Assembly: GCA_046313635.1 (NCBI GenBank)
Contig: JBKBYA010000008.1
Span: forward strand, 99,786-163,785
DNA from: Pyrinomonadaceae bacterium
Lineage (GTDB): Bacteria > Acidobacteriota > Blastocatellia > Pyrinomonadales > Pyrinomonadaceae
Direction: 5' to 3'
Length of the DNA: 64,000 bases
A model generated the notes under the pieces. It ran no database searches. It was given only the letters and a program-made list of their open reading frames with translations, and had not been told where the DNA came from. Below are positions 36,813 through 46,256 of this stretch, piece by piece. Made by a program: the position numbers and the translations under genes. Position 1 is the stretch's first letter. Each line of letters starts with the position of its first letter.

Positions 36813-38081
36813 TTACGACGGCGGGCCCTCGGGCCCGTCTTTTTGCTGCTCGTCGGCACGCGGAGCTCTCACGGTGAACAGCAGCGCCGCGGCGGCGACC
36901 GATATCGCCGCGCTCAGCAGAAACGCGGCCGACGCGCCGAACGCGCTCCAGACCGCGCCGAAGAGCAGCGACGCCGGCAAGACCGTGATCCCGAACGCGA
37001 GATTGTAAAGCCCGAATGCCGTCCCGCGCTTGTCGTCCGGGACCATATCGGCGACGAACGCCTTTTCGACGCCTTCGGTCAGTCCAAAATAAACGCCGTA
37101 AACGATAAACAGCGCCCACGCCTGCCAGGCCGTCGTGACAAAAGCAAAGCCGACGTAAACGAGCGCGTAGACCGTCCAGCCCGCGACTATCATTCGGCGT
37201 CGGCCGAGCGTGTCCGAGAGATGCCCGCCGGCGAGCGAGCTGACGACCTTGCTCAGGTGGAGCACCATCCAAAGGAGCGGAAGCTGCGCGGGCGCGATGC
37301 CCGAGCTCTCGGCACGGAGCAGCAGGAACGCGTCGGTCGAATTCGACAGCGTAAAGACCGCGATCACGATGAGAAAGCGCTTGAAGCTGCGGTCAAAACC
37401 CTCGAGCGAAAAGCTCAGCCGCGGGGCGGCGATGCCGATCGTCGCGGGCCGGTGCTCTTTGACAAAAAAGACGATCACGAAGAGCCCGACCACGACCGGC
37501 GCCGACGCGTAGAGAAAGACATTCTGGTATTCCCTCGCCGTCGGCTCCGACGGGTCCGACGCGATCCACGAGAGCAGCAGGTACGCGATCACCGGGCCAA
37601 ACACCGCGCCGAGATGATCGGCCGCGCGGTTAAATCCGAAGGCAAACCCGCGACTCTCGACCGGCACGCTCGCCGCCAGCAGAGCGTCGCGCGGAGCACC
37701 GCGAATTCCCTTTCCGATCCGGTCGGTAACCCGCACCGCGAGCACCTGCGGCCAGCTCGAGACAAAGGCGAGCAGCGGCCGCGTCAGCGACGCCAGCGAG
37801 TAGCCCAAGAATACCGGCAGCTTGCGCCGGTGAAGACGGTCGCTCAGGTAACCGGAGACGAGCTTCAAGAGGCTCGCGACCGACTCGGCAAAACCCTCGA
37901 TCACACCGATCGCGAAAGGCGAAGCGCCGAGCGTCAAAACGAGAAACGCCGGCAGCAGCGGGTAGATGATCTCGCTTGAAGTGTCGTTGAGGAGGCTGAC
38001 GAGACTGAGCGCGAGGACGTTGCCCGACAGACCGCGGACGCGTCGCCTGATGCCTCGAGAGCCGCTGACGTCCGCCGCCAT
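36813..38081 (-). CDS. MFS transporter
   Basis: 12-TM pattern; GYLSDRLHRRK and GHLSDTLGRRR motif A. Confidence 0.9.
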   Translation of the reverse strand: MAADVSGSRGIRRRVRGLSGNVLALSLVSLLNDTSSEIIYPLLPAFLVLTLGASPFAIGVIEGFAESVASLLKLVSGYLSDRLHRRKLPVFLGYSLASLTRPLLAFVSSWPQVLAVRVTDRIGKGIRGAPRDALLAASVPVESRGFAFGFNRAADHLGAVFGPVIAYLLLSWIASDPSEPTAREYQNVFLYASAPVVVGLFVIVFFVKEHRPATIGIAAPRLSFSLEGFDRSFKRFLIVIAVFTLSNSTDAFLLLRAESSGIAPAQLPLLWMVLHLSKVVSSLAGGHLSDTLGRRRMIVAGWTVYALVYVGFAFVTTAWQAWALFIVYGVYFGLTEGVEKAFVADMVPDDKRGTAFGLYNLAFGITVLPASLLFGAVWSAFGASAAFLLSAAISVAAAALLFTVRAPRADEQQKDGPEGPPS

Positions 38082-38092
38082 ACTCGTTCCGC

Positions 38093-38362
38093 TCAGCGGC
38101 TGCGCGACGGCGCTGCGGGCTTCGATGTGGTCGAGCTGCCGGTGCCGAACCAGTACAGTGCGAGTCCGCCGACCACGGCGACCGCGAGGATGATCGTCAC
38201 GACCGCCATCCTAAAGGCCATCTTGACGGTCCGCCGCATCATTCGGAATGCGATGTACGCGACGACCGCGAATATCAAAAAGAATGCGATGCCGCCGACG
38301 AGGCCGATCGTTTCGAGTCTAGCGAGCGCCGGTCCGGCTGCCGATGCGATGAGGCTGATCAT
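38093..38362 (-). CDS. Small two-TM membrane protein
   Basis: ATG overlaps the yacG stop; two hydrophobic helices. Confidence 0.65.
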   Translation of the reverse strand: MISLIASAAGPALARLETIGLVGGIAFFLIFAVVAYIAFRMMRRTVKMAFRMAVVTIILAVAVVGGLALYWFGTGSSTTSKPAAPSRSR

Positions 38363-38565
38363 TGTTCGGACCTCTCCTTGAGAGTGCGTTCGAGCTGCTG
38401 CAGATCTTCCTCGGTCAGCTCGGACGATTCCGCAGGCAGGCTGTATTCTTCGTCGGCCCACGCGCCGAGGTCGAGGAGCTTGCATCGCTCGGAGCAGAAC
38501 GGCCTGAACTCATTTCCCTGGTACTCGACCCTTTTACCGCATGTCGGACATTTTACGAGAGGCAT
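38359..38565 (-). CDS. yacG: DNA gyrase inhibitor YacG
   Basis: CPTC...[19 protein letters not shown]. Confidence 0.92.
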   Translation of the reverse strand: MPLVKCPTCGKRVEYQGNEFRPFCSERCKLLDLGAWADEEYSLPAESSELTEEDLQQLERTLKERSEQ

Positions 38566-38741
38566 AACTGGTCTTGAATGTTTTCAGATTATCACACGCC
38601 GGCGTGCTCCCGATGGCCTCGGCTGCCGGTGCTATAATGACGGCAAAGTCAGCGGCAGGCGTGTCATCTAATTCGAACCGCGGCGGCTTTGGTCTCGTAA
38701 TTCCACAGCACATCGCCTCGCAGATCGGGAGGAGCAATTTT

Positions 38742-39719
38742 ATGGCGGATTACAAAGAGCGTTTCGAGAAGTGGCAAAAGGAGACGCGCGAGAAGTTTGA
38801 AGAGATCGACAAGCAGCTCGGGCTAAAGAACAAGATCGGCGAGAGCGCCAAGGCCGTCGCCGAGACCGCGCAGAAGGGCGCCGAAAAGATAAAGGCCGAG
38901 GCTGAAAAGAGCGAGATCGGCAAACAGGCCGTACGCGCCGCCGAGGAGACGATCAAGACCGCCGGCGAGACCGCCAAAAAGGCTTGGGATGCGGCCGAGC
39001 CGATCCGAGACGCCGCTGCCGAGGCGGGCAAGGTCGCCGGCGAGACGATCGTCGACGCCGGCAAAAAGGCCGGCGACATTCTGGGCGATGCAAAGGACAT
39101 GGTCGGCAAGAGCGCCGACCGCGTGTCGCGCGCATTCAGCTTTGGCGCCGGCTGGGCCCGCAGCGTGGACGCGGCGGTCAAGTCGGTCCGCAAGGCTTCG
39201 GACTGGGTGATCGAAAATCCCGTCGGTGCCGCCGCGACAGGAGCCTCGATGGCGCTCGGCGCCGGGCTCGGCGTCGTCTTTACCGGCATCAGCACGCATT
39301 GGCTGTTTAATTCGGCGATACCGACGTGGTCGGTCAAGAAGCTCGGCGACCAGTTCAACGCATATCTCAAAACGCGCGAGGAACTGATCGCAAAAGGCGA
39401 ATTGAGCGAGGCCGAGACGGAACGCGTGCGGTTCGAGCGCGACATGGCAAAGCGCATCGGCGCACCGCTGCTCGGCGCGTTCTCATTCGCCTCCGGCGCC
39501 GTGATGCTGACCAACGTCCTCAATCCAAAGACCGTCACCGGCGCGCCGATCGAATGGCTGCTCGGCGGTAATCCGATGCTCGAGGGCGCCTGGTTCTTTG
39601 GCAACGGCGTGGTCTGTCTGAAGACGAGCTACGACTTTTTCATGATCGCCCTCGAAGGCCAGGACGACGTCGAGCGAATGGTCCGCGAGATCAAGGGCCT
39701 GCTGCCGAGCGGGTTCTGA
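38742..39719 (+). CDS. Hypothetical protein with N-terminal amphipathic helical repeats and C-terminal TM segments
   Basis: GGAG RBS before ATG 38742; Ala/Lys/Glu-rich repeats. Confidence 0.75.
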   Translation: MADYKERFEKWQKETREKFEEIDKQLGLKNKIGESAKAVAETAQKGAEKIKAEAEKSEIGKQAVRAAEETIKTAGETAKKAWDAAEPIRDAAAEAGKVAGETIVDAGKKAGDILGDAKDMVGKSADRVSRAFSFGAGWARSVDAAVKSVRKASDWVIENPVGAAATGASMALGAGLGVVFTGISTHWLFNSAIPTWSVKKLGDQFNAYLKTREELIAKGELSEAETERVRFERDMAKRIGAPLLGAFSFASGAVMLTNVLNPKTVTGAPIEWLLGGNPMLEGAWFFGNGVVCLKTSYDFFMIALEGQDDVERMVREIKGLLPSGF

Positions 39720-39800
39720 ATCGTAAATAGTGAATCGTAAATCGTGAACCGTCAGAGTCGCGGACGCGCTCTTCACGATTTACGATTCACGATTTACTAT
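39718..39800. repeat. Palindrome with 7-bp tandem arms (AATCGTA/TACGATT-type)
   Basis: aatcgta aatagtg aatcgta aatcgtg ... cacgatt tacgatt cacgatt tactatt, between convergent genes. Confidence 0.88.
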
Positions 39801-39809
39801 TTTCGCCCC

Positions 39810-40841
39810 TCACAGTATCTGTATCGGGAACGGCGTAAAGCTGAGGATAAATATCAGCAGCGTGAGCAGAGCGACGAGCTTGCGTTTTGCGTCGAGCGGC
39901 GACTCGTCCCACGGCCGCGGGTGACCGATCTTGAGCATCAGGGCCAGGATGACCACGAATAAGAATCCGCTCGGGCTGCCGTAAAAGTACATTCCCGCCA
40001 CCGAGAACAACGCCATCACGACGAAAGCGATCCTGCCCGTGAAATAGTGCGCCTTTTCGCCGAGCACGGCGTAAACCGCGTGGCCTCCGTCGAGCTGTCC
40101 TGCCGGGATGAGATTGAGCGCCGTCACCAGCAGGCCCAGCCACGCCGCGAAGTAGAAAGGATTTCCCATCGCAAACCGGACGTCGATGCCCGCGGCCGCG
40201 CCGATCGCGCGCAGCAGCAGCGGATCAGAGAATACAAGCCCGCCCGAGCCCGCCGCCGGCATCTGCTCCGGCGGTATCGGCTGCATCATCAGCACACCGA
40301 CGACCGCGACCGGCAGCAGAGCGACAAAGCCTGCGATCGGGCCGGCGACGCCTATGTCGAAGACGGCCTTTCGCGACGGGAGCGGCGACTTGATCCTGAT
40401 AAATGCGCCGAATGTACCCGCCGGCCCGATCAGCGGCGGCGTCGGGATAAAAAAGGGCAGCGTCGCCTCGACACGGTAGAGCCGGCACGCGACGTAATGT
40501 CCCATCTCGTGGCTGACAAGTATGAAAAGCAGGGATAGCGAAAAGCTCAGCCCGTAGGTCAGATATTCCGGATTCGCCGCAAGATCGCGCACCGCCGCCG
40601 CGATAAATGCCGCGTACAGCATCGGCATCAGCAGTATCAGCCGGCCCAGCTCGACCAGCGTCTGCGGGTCGGCCCCGATGTCGGGAAAGCGGTTGTTTAC
40701 GCCGAAGGGATAAAGCGAGCCCGCCACCGTCGCGGTGCAGAACGTCATGACGAACAAGACCAAATGGAGAAGGAGCTTGCGGCGTGAGGTCCGCTCGCGG
40801 ACGATCGGGCCGGGGTGAGGGTATGACGGTTCTCGAGTCAT
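39810..40841 (-). CDS. Site-2 protease (M50) membrane metalloprotease
   Basis: HEMGH and NLIPAGQLDGGH motifs. Confidence 0.92.
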   Translation of the reverse strand: MTREPSYPHPGPIVRERTSRRKLLLHLVLFVMTFCTATVAGSLYPFGVNNRFPDIGADPQTLVELGRLILLMPMLYAAFIAAAVRDLAANPEYLTYGLSFSLSLLFILVSHEMGHYVACRLYRVEATLPFFIPTPPLIGPAGTFGAFIRIKSPLPSRKAVFDIGVAGPIAGFVALLPVAVVGVLMMQPIPPEQMPAAGSGGLVFSDPLLLRAIGAAAGIDVRFAMGNPFYFAAWLGLLVTALNLIPAGQLDGGHAVYAVLGEKAHYFTGRIAFVVMALFSVAGMYFYGSPSGFLFVVILALMLKIGHPRPWDESPLDAKRKLVALLTLLIFILSFTPFPIQIL

Positions 40842-40927
40842 TTGTCTGGGCAAAAAAGATCGCAGACCGCAAGGATAACATTCTCATCTGCGGCCTGCGT
40901 TTCTTGTCGTCCGGCGGTGACCTGCGC

Positions 40928-41275
40928 TCAGTCGGAGCTTGGCGTCGACGGCGTACCTTCGTCGCCGGCGGTCTCGTGCGGTTCGGCCGGTTGAGGTGCG
41001 TCCTCGACCGCCCGGGCCGAGAGCTCTTTGCCGGGTTTGAATCGGATGGTCTTGCCGGCCGGTATCGGGACCTCGGTGCCGGTACGAGGGTTGCGGCCGA
41101 CGCCTCGCTTGCGCGGCTTGACGACAAAGACGCCAAACCCGCGCAGCTCGATGCGCTTGCCCTGCGCCAGCGCATCCTTCATCGCGTTAAAAAGCGAGTC
41201 GACGACCTGCTCGGCCTTTTGCTTGGGAACGCCTGTCTTCTCAGCAACCTGGTTGACGATGTCAAGTTTGATCAT
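40928..41275 (-). CDS. HU/IHF family DNA-binding protein
   Basis: IELRGFGVF and GRNPRTG motifs. Confidence 0.95.
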   Translation of the reverse strand: MIKLDIVNQVAEKTGVPKQKAEQVVDSLFNAMKDALAQGKRIELRGFGVFVVKPRKRGVGRNPRTGTEVPIPAGKTIRFKPGKELSARAVEDAPQPAEPHETAGDEGTPSTPSSD

Positions 41276-41336
41276 TGCTCCTCCCTCGTCTATCGAACCC
41301 GTCCCGGCAAAACCGCCAAAATGCTAAAGTGCCTTA

Positions 41337-41366
41337 ATAATATTCCGCTAAACTCATCACTGTCAA
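41337..41366 (-). promoter_or_regulatory. Sigma-70 promoter of the HU/IHF gene
   Basis: TTGACA-N18-TATTAT on the minus strand. Confidence 0.6.
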
Positions 41367-41502
41367 GATTTTATGCTGGCAGAGGCGAGGCGCGTGGTTT
41401 GCTGAGTTTTTCGGAGTCGGCCTGGAACGGCTCGATTCGATACATCAAAATTCAGCGGTCCGGACCGCGGCTGCGAAAACGTTAATTTGGAGGATCACGT
41501 TT

Positions 41503-42342
41503 GTGCGTTGGAGCGATCTAAGACAAAGCGCGAATGTCGAGGACCGGCGAGGCCTCGGCGGCGGTTTGGCCGTCGGCGGCGGCGGGCTCGGTGTGCTCGT
41601 CCTCGCTTTGGTCATTTATCTTTGCGGCGGCGACCCGCGGGCCCTGCTCGAGAATATTCCCTCGCAGCGATCGCAGCAGCCAAACATCGCGGCAAACTCG
41701 TCGCAGCGGGCAGGCGACACGCCGCGCCAATTCGCGAGCGCCGTGCTCGGCAGTACCGAGGACGCGTGGGGCCAGATACTGCCGCAGCAGGCACGAGCTC
41801 GCTACACTCCGCCGAAGCTCGTGCTCTTCAACGGCCAGGTCTCGTCGGCATGCGGCTATGCGAGCGCGGCGGTCGGACCGTTTTACTGCCCGGGCGATCA
41901 GAGGCTATATCTCGACTTCGATTTTTTTGAGGAGCTGAGCAGTCGGTTCAAGGCCCCGGGCGATTTTGCGCAGGCTTACGTGATCGCTCACGAGGTCGGC
42001 CATCATGTGCAGAATCTGCTTGGCACGATGGACCGCGTTCACCGCTCGGGCAACAGCAACGCGATGAGCGTCAGGCTCGAGCTGCAGGCCGACTGCTACG
42101 CCGGCGTGTGGGCAAACTTTGCGCAGCGGCAAGGCGTCGTCGAGTCAGGCGACGCCGAAGAGGCCCTGCGAGCAGCCTCTGCGGTCGGCGACGATATGAT
42201 CCAGCGTCGAACGCAGGGCTATGTCGTGCCCGAGTCTTTTACGCACGGATCGGCACAGCAGCGGATGGAGTGGTTCTCACGCGGGATGCAGTCGGGCGAT
42301 ATGCGGCAATGCAATACATTCGGATCGGGCGGCGGCTTCTAG
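41503..42342 (+). CDS. YpfJ-like neutral zinc metallopeptidase
   Basis: SANVEDRRG, GPFYCP, HEVGHH, ELQADC and FTHG motifs. Confidence 0.9.
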   Translation: MRWSDLRQSANVEDRRGLGGGLAVGGGGLGVLVLALVIYLCGGDPRALLENIPSQRSQQPNIAANSSQRAGDTPRQFASAVLGSTEDAWGQILPQQARARYTPPKLVLFNGQVSSACGYASAAVGPFYCPGDQRLYLDFDFFEELSSRFKAPGDFAQAYVIAHEVGHHVQNLLGTMDRVHRSGNSNAMSVRLELQADCYAGVWANFAQRQGVVESGDAEEALRAASAVGDDMIQRRTQGYVVPESFTHGSAQQRMEWFSRGMQSGDMRQCNTFGSGGGF

Positions 42343-42869
42343 GGTTGGAAAGGGCGGCCGTAAAGCTCCTGGTAGATCCAGCCGAGCACTCGCGCCTCGG
42401 CGGTGAGCAGCGCGTCGAGCCAGCAGCTGGTGAGGTAGAGACACTTCTCGGCGTTGGTCGTCAGCTTTTCTGATCTCGCCAGCGCAGAGTCCATCGGCTT
42501 GGCGTCGAGCTTGTACGCGTCGGTCATCTCTGCTTTTGTCTCGCGTGCCTCCTGCAGCGCGGCGAGCACGTCGCCGAGCCAGAGCTTGAGCAGCGGTTCG
42601 CTGTTGTTTTCGCCGACGGCCTGGATCACGCCGATGGCAAATCGCGCCTCGGCGTTCTCGAATGGATAGGTCGAGACGCCGCCGGCCTCGTCGTCGGCCT
42701 GCTTCCACAGAAAGAGCTCGTTCACGTGCGGATGCCGCATTCGCGCCGTCCGCTCGTCAAAATTGAGAAACCACTCGACCACGTCAGCGAGCGAATGTGT
42801 ATCGACGCCGCCCGAAGGAGCGGGCCGCAGTTTGGGCGGCAAGTTGACAGATGCTTGGGTATCGTTCAT
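42339..42869 (-). CDS. Hypothetical protein (176 aa)
   Basis: ATG-started ORF with typical composition; its stop overlaps the convergent gene. Confidence 0.7.
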   Translation of the reverse strand: MNDTQASVNLPPKLRPAPSGGVDTHSLADVVEWFLNFDERTARMRHPHVNELFLWKQADDEAGGVSTYPFENAEARFAIGVIQAVGENNSEPLLKLWLGDVLAALQEARETKAEMTDAYKLDAKPMDSALARSEKLTTNAEKCLYLTSCWLDALLTAEARVLGWIYQELYGRPFQP

Positions 42870-42903
42870 CGGGAAGGCAGATTATCCCATCCCGCCGCTT
42901 GTT

Positions 42904-42933
42904 TTTACAACGCGTTCCCCGCCTGCCTATAAT
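42904..42933 (+). promoter_or_regulatory. Sigma-70 promoter directly before the KirBac start (possibly leaderless)
   Basis: TTTACA-N18-TATAAT-N8-GTG. Confidence 0.55.
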
Positions 42934-42941
42934 TTCGCAAC

Positions 42942-43913
42942 GTGTCGCAACCGCCAATAGAGAACAAGACTCCCGGCAGCGGCGAGGCCATCGAGGCCGA
43001 CCGCGACCTGGGATTCGGTTCGATCGTGCTCGAGAGCAGCCGGCTGCGGTTTCTCAATCGAGACGGTTCGTTCAATGTCGAGCGGACCGGGCTGAATTTT
43101 CTATCTTCGCTCAATCTCTATCACTCGCTGCTCGCGATGTCGTGGACGTCGTTTCTGACGCTCGTCCTGGTGCTGTACTTTTTGAGCAACGTCGTTTTCG
43201 GCGTTGCGTACGCGTCGTTCGGCCCCGAAGCGCTCGTCGATACGTCGGGCACGCCAATGAACAGCATCTTTTTGCGCGGGTTCTTTTTCAGTGTGCAGAC
43301 CTTTGCGACGATCGGCTACGGCACGATCCATCCGGTCGGCGTCATTCCCAACCTGTTGGTCACCGTCGAGTCCTATTACAGCCTGATCACTAACGCTCTC
43401 GTGACCGGCGTCGTCTTTGCGCGGTTTGCCCGGCCGACGGCAAAGATCGTTTTGAGCGACGTCGCCGTCGTCGCGCCGTATCGAGACATAACGGGATTTA
43501 TGTTTCGCCTCGTCAACGGACGCAACAATCAGCTTACGGAGGTCAGGGCCCAGGTCATCTTTACGCACTGGACGAACAAAGCCGGAAAGGCGGTTCGCAA
43601 CTTTGATCTGCTCGAGCTCGAGCGGCGGTCGGTAACGTTCTTTCCGCTGTCGTGGACCGTCGTCCATCCGATCGACGAGAATTCGCCGATGTACGGCCTG
43701 ACCGAGGACGACCTGCGAGCGTGCGACGCCGAGTTCCTGATACTTTTGACGGCCGTCGACGAGACCTTTGCCACCGTCGTGCATCAGCGCTCGTCGTACA
43801 AGTCGGACGAGATCCGGTTTGGTCATCGCTTTGTCAGTATGTACAACGAGAGCGACAACGGCGAACCGATCTCGATCGACGTTCGTAAGCTGTCGCGGGT
43901 CGAGCCGGCTTGA
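42942..43913 (+). CDS. Inward-rectifier potassium channel (KirBac-like)
   Basis: FFFSVQTFATIGYG filter, FARFARP and WTVVHPIDENSP. Confidence 0.92.
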   Translation: MSQPPIENKTPGSGEAIEADRDLGFGSIVLESSRLRFLNRDGSFNVERTGLNFLSSLNLYHSLLAMSWTSFLTLVLVLYFLSNVVFGVAYASFGPEALVDTSGTPMNSIFLRGFFFSVQTFATIGYGTIHPVGVIPNLLVTVESYYSLITNALVTGVVFARFARPTAKIVLSDVAVVAPYRDITGFMFRLVNGRNNQLTEVRAQVIFTHWTNKAGKAVRNFDLLELERRSVTFFPLSWTVVHPIDENSPMYGLTEDDLRACDAEFLILLTAVDETFATVVHQRSSYKSDEIRFGHRFVSMYNESDNGEPISIDVRKLSRVEPA

Positions 43914-44001
43914 GCCGATCTCACCTCGTTGACTTTGACGAGGATGCCGTTTGATACTTAGTCACCCTCATCGATCCGATCGCAAAAAAGGGATAAACAC
44001 G

Positions 44002-44417
44002 ATGGCCACACAATACGTCACTTGTCCAAACTGCCATTCACAGAATTCTGCGCTTAACGCTCGCTGCACCAACTGCGGGGCGACGCTGCCGCCCAACTTT
44101 ACGAGCCCGATGCAGCACTCTCCGCAGTACCAGCAAAAGCTGCCCGGTGCCGACAAAAAGATCGCCGTCGGTCTCTGCGGGATACTGCTCGGCGGACTAG
44201 GCATACACAAATCATCCTCGGTTATCAGCAGGAGGGATTTATCTACCTCGGTGTGTTCGCGGCGTCGTTCATCATCACGCTGATCACGTGCGGCATCGCT
44301 TCGCCCCTGATGATCGTGCCGGGCGTGCTCGGTCTGATCGAGGGCATCATCTACCTGACCAAGTCCGACGAGGAATTTGTCCAGACCTACATCGTCAACA
44401 AAAAACCCTGGTTTTGA
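44002..44417 (+). pseudogene. Zinc-ribbon + TM2 domain protein with a 1-bp frameshift near 44212
   Basis: CPNC..CTNC, LLGGLGIHK, then FILGY...GLIEGIIYLTKSDEEF...KKPWF* in the shifted frame; one T is missing from AAA TTC ATC. Confidence 0.85.
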
Positions 44418-44432
44418 CCCGCGTAGTCGAAA

Positions 44433-45029
44433 GTGTTTACCGGAATAATTGAAGAACTCGGCCGCGTCGATCGGCTCGAGCCGCTCGGGGCGGGCGGATC
44501 AAAGATCGCGATCGCGGCCGACATCGTGACGTCCGACACAAAGGACGGCGACTCGATCGCGGTCAACGGCGTCTGTCTGACCGCTCTGAATGTGCGGGCC
44601 GGGTCGTTCGAGGCCGACGTCTCGCAGGAGACGCTCGACCGCTCGACGCTCGGCTCTCTCGCTGTCGGCTCGCCCGTCAATCTCGAACGCGCCGTAACGC
44701 CGCAGACACGTCTCGGCGGTCACATCGTGCAGGGCCACGTCGACGGCCGCGGCACGTTCATCGGCGCGGCACAGCACGGCGACTTTTGGACGGTGACGAT
44801 CGGCTTCCCGCCCGAGCTCGCGCGTTATCTGATCTACAAAGGCTCTATCGCCGTCGAGGGCATTAGCCTGACGATCGCCGAGCTGCGCGATTTGGAGTTT
44901 GACATCGCCGTCATTCCAAAGACCTGGCAGCTCACCGATCTCTCGGCCCTGCGTCCCGGCGACCCGGTCAATCTCGAGGTCGATATGATCGCAAAATACG
45001 TCGAACGAATTCTCGCGGCCGGGCGTTGA
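44433..45029 (+). CDS. ribE: Riboflavin synthase alpha chain
   Basis: MFTGII, GDSIAVNGVCLT and GGHIVQGHVD motifs. Confidence 0.95.
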   Translation: MFTGIIEELGRVDRLEPLGAGGSKIAIAADIVTSDTKDGDSIAVNGVCLTALNVRAGSFEADVSQETLDRSTLGSLAVGSPVNLERAVTPQTRLGGHIVQGHVDGRGTFIGAAQHGDFWTVTIGFPPELARYLIYKGSIAVEGISLTIAELRDLEFDIAVIPKTWQLTDLSALRPGDPVNLEVDMIAKYVERILAAGR

Positions 45030-45175
45030 CGAGAGCCGATCGACGAGCTTGGAAGACCAGTACAAAGATCGAACTATCAATTTCCTGCCTCGACGTTCCC
45101 AGCTGTACTCGCACAGCATTTCATTCCCTCTATTTGCCCCGCGCCCATCGCTGGGCGAAGGGCAGCCTGTACGGA

Positions 45176-45673
45176 CTACGACTTTTTGATCCGCGCCATC
45201 ACGTGCGAGTCGACATAGCGGCCGTCGCGAAATGCGTCCATACGCTTTGTGCCCTCAAGCTCGAAGCCGAACTTCTCGTACAGCCTTATCGCCGCTTCGT
45301 TGTCGGTGTAGACCTCGAGCTCGATACGCCTCAGATCGAGCCAGTTGTCGGCGAGGTCGATCGCCGCGGCGAGCAGGGCCGTGCCGATGCCTTTTCCGGC
45401 CCAGTCGTCGCGGACGCCGATGCCGATCGTGCCGACATGCTTGCGGCGCGGGCGTTCGGGATAGGTGTGCAGCCCGACGCTGCCGACGAGCGTGCCGTCG
45501 ACGACGGCGACGAGCATGATCTGGGAGGGCGATTCGGCGAGGCGGCGTCGCCACGATTCGACCGACGGGAAGGGCAGCTGCAGCGTCCCCGAATACGCGT
45601 TCTTACCGCCGTAGATCTCGCAGAAGCCCGGAGCGTCGTCGGGCTCTGCGCGTCTTATCAATAAGTTCTCCAT
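45176..45673 (-). CDS. GNAT acetyltransferase (YhhY/AaaT-like)
   Basis: GTLQLPFPS, GKGIG and NEAAIRLYEKFGF. Confidence 0.88.
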   Translation of the reverse strand: MENLLIRRAEPDDAPGFCEIYGGKNAYSGTLQLPFPSVESWRRRLAESPSQIMLVAVVDGTLVGSVGLHTYPERPRRKHVGTIGIGVRDDWAGKGIGTALLAAAIDLADNWLDLRRIELEVYTDNEAAIRLYEKFGFELEGTKRMDAFRDGRYVDSHVMARIKKS

Positions 45674-45800
45674 ACATCGTTCCGCATCGCGGAGGCGGCG
45701 CTCGTCCCTTCACAAGAAAAAGGTGATGAGCGCCGCCCGCGCGATCAGTGCATCATCTTACGCGTAAAAGGACGAAACGGCGCACCCGAGGGGCCGCCCT

Positions 45801-46175
45801 ATGAAATTTGCGAAATACACGTTTGCCGTCGCCGGGATCTACGGAATACTCGTGCTTGTGCCGCAGTACTTTTTGATCGATCGCGTCGCCGAGGACTTCC
45901 CGCCCGCGGTCACGCATCCGGAGTTTTACTATGGCTTCATCGGCGTCGCGCTCGCATTCCAGCTCGTCTTTCTGATCGTCGCGACAGACCCGGCAAAGTA
46001 TCGCCTGCTGATGCTCGCGGGGCTGGTCGAGAAGCTTGCCTTCGGCATTCCCGTCGCGGTGCTCGCCGCCGCGGGGCGCGTCGGCGGCAGCATCGTCGCC
46101 GGGGCGTCGATCGATGCGGTTTTTGGCGTATTGTTTGTCGTCAGCTTTTTCAAGACGCGGGCCGCCGCCGAATAG
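45801..46175 (+). CDS. Small four-TM membrane protein
   Basis: Hydrophobic ORF preceded by GAGG and followed by a terminator. Confidence 0.75.
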   Translation: MKFAKYTFAVAGIYGILVLVPQYFLIDRVAEDFPPAVTHPEFYYGFIGVALAFQLVFLIVATDPAKYRLLMLAGLVEKLAFGIPVAVLAAAGRVGGSIVAGASIDAVFGVLFVVSFFKTRAAAE

Positions 46176-46195
46176 CCGGCCGCCGGCACAACGTA

Positions 46196-46232
46196 AAAAG
46201 CCCCTCGCGGCCTGGACGCGAGGGGCTTTTTC
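46196..46232. terminator. Bidirectional intrinsic terminator
   Basis: aaaagcccctcgcg..cgcgaggggctttt. Confidence 0.85.
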
Positions 46233-46256
46233 TTTTCGCGTTCGAGCGTGCCCGAA

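Noticed and set aside
45030..45175. Possible gene remnant between ribE and the GNAT gene
   Set aside because: No recognisable motif in the frames read.
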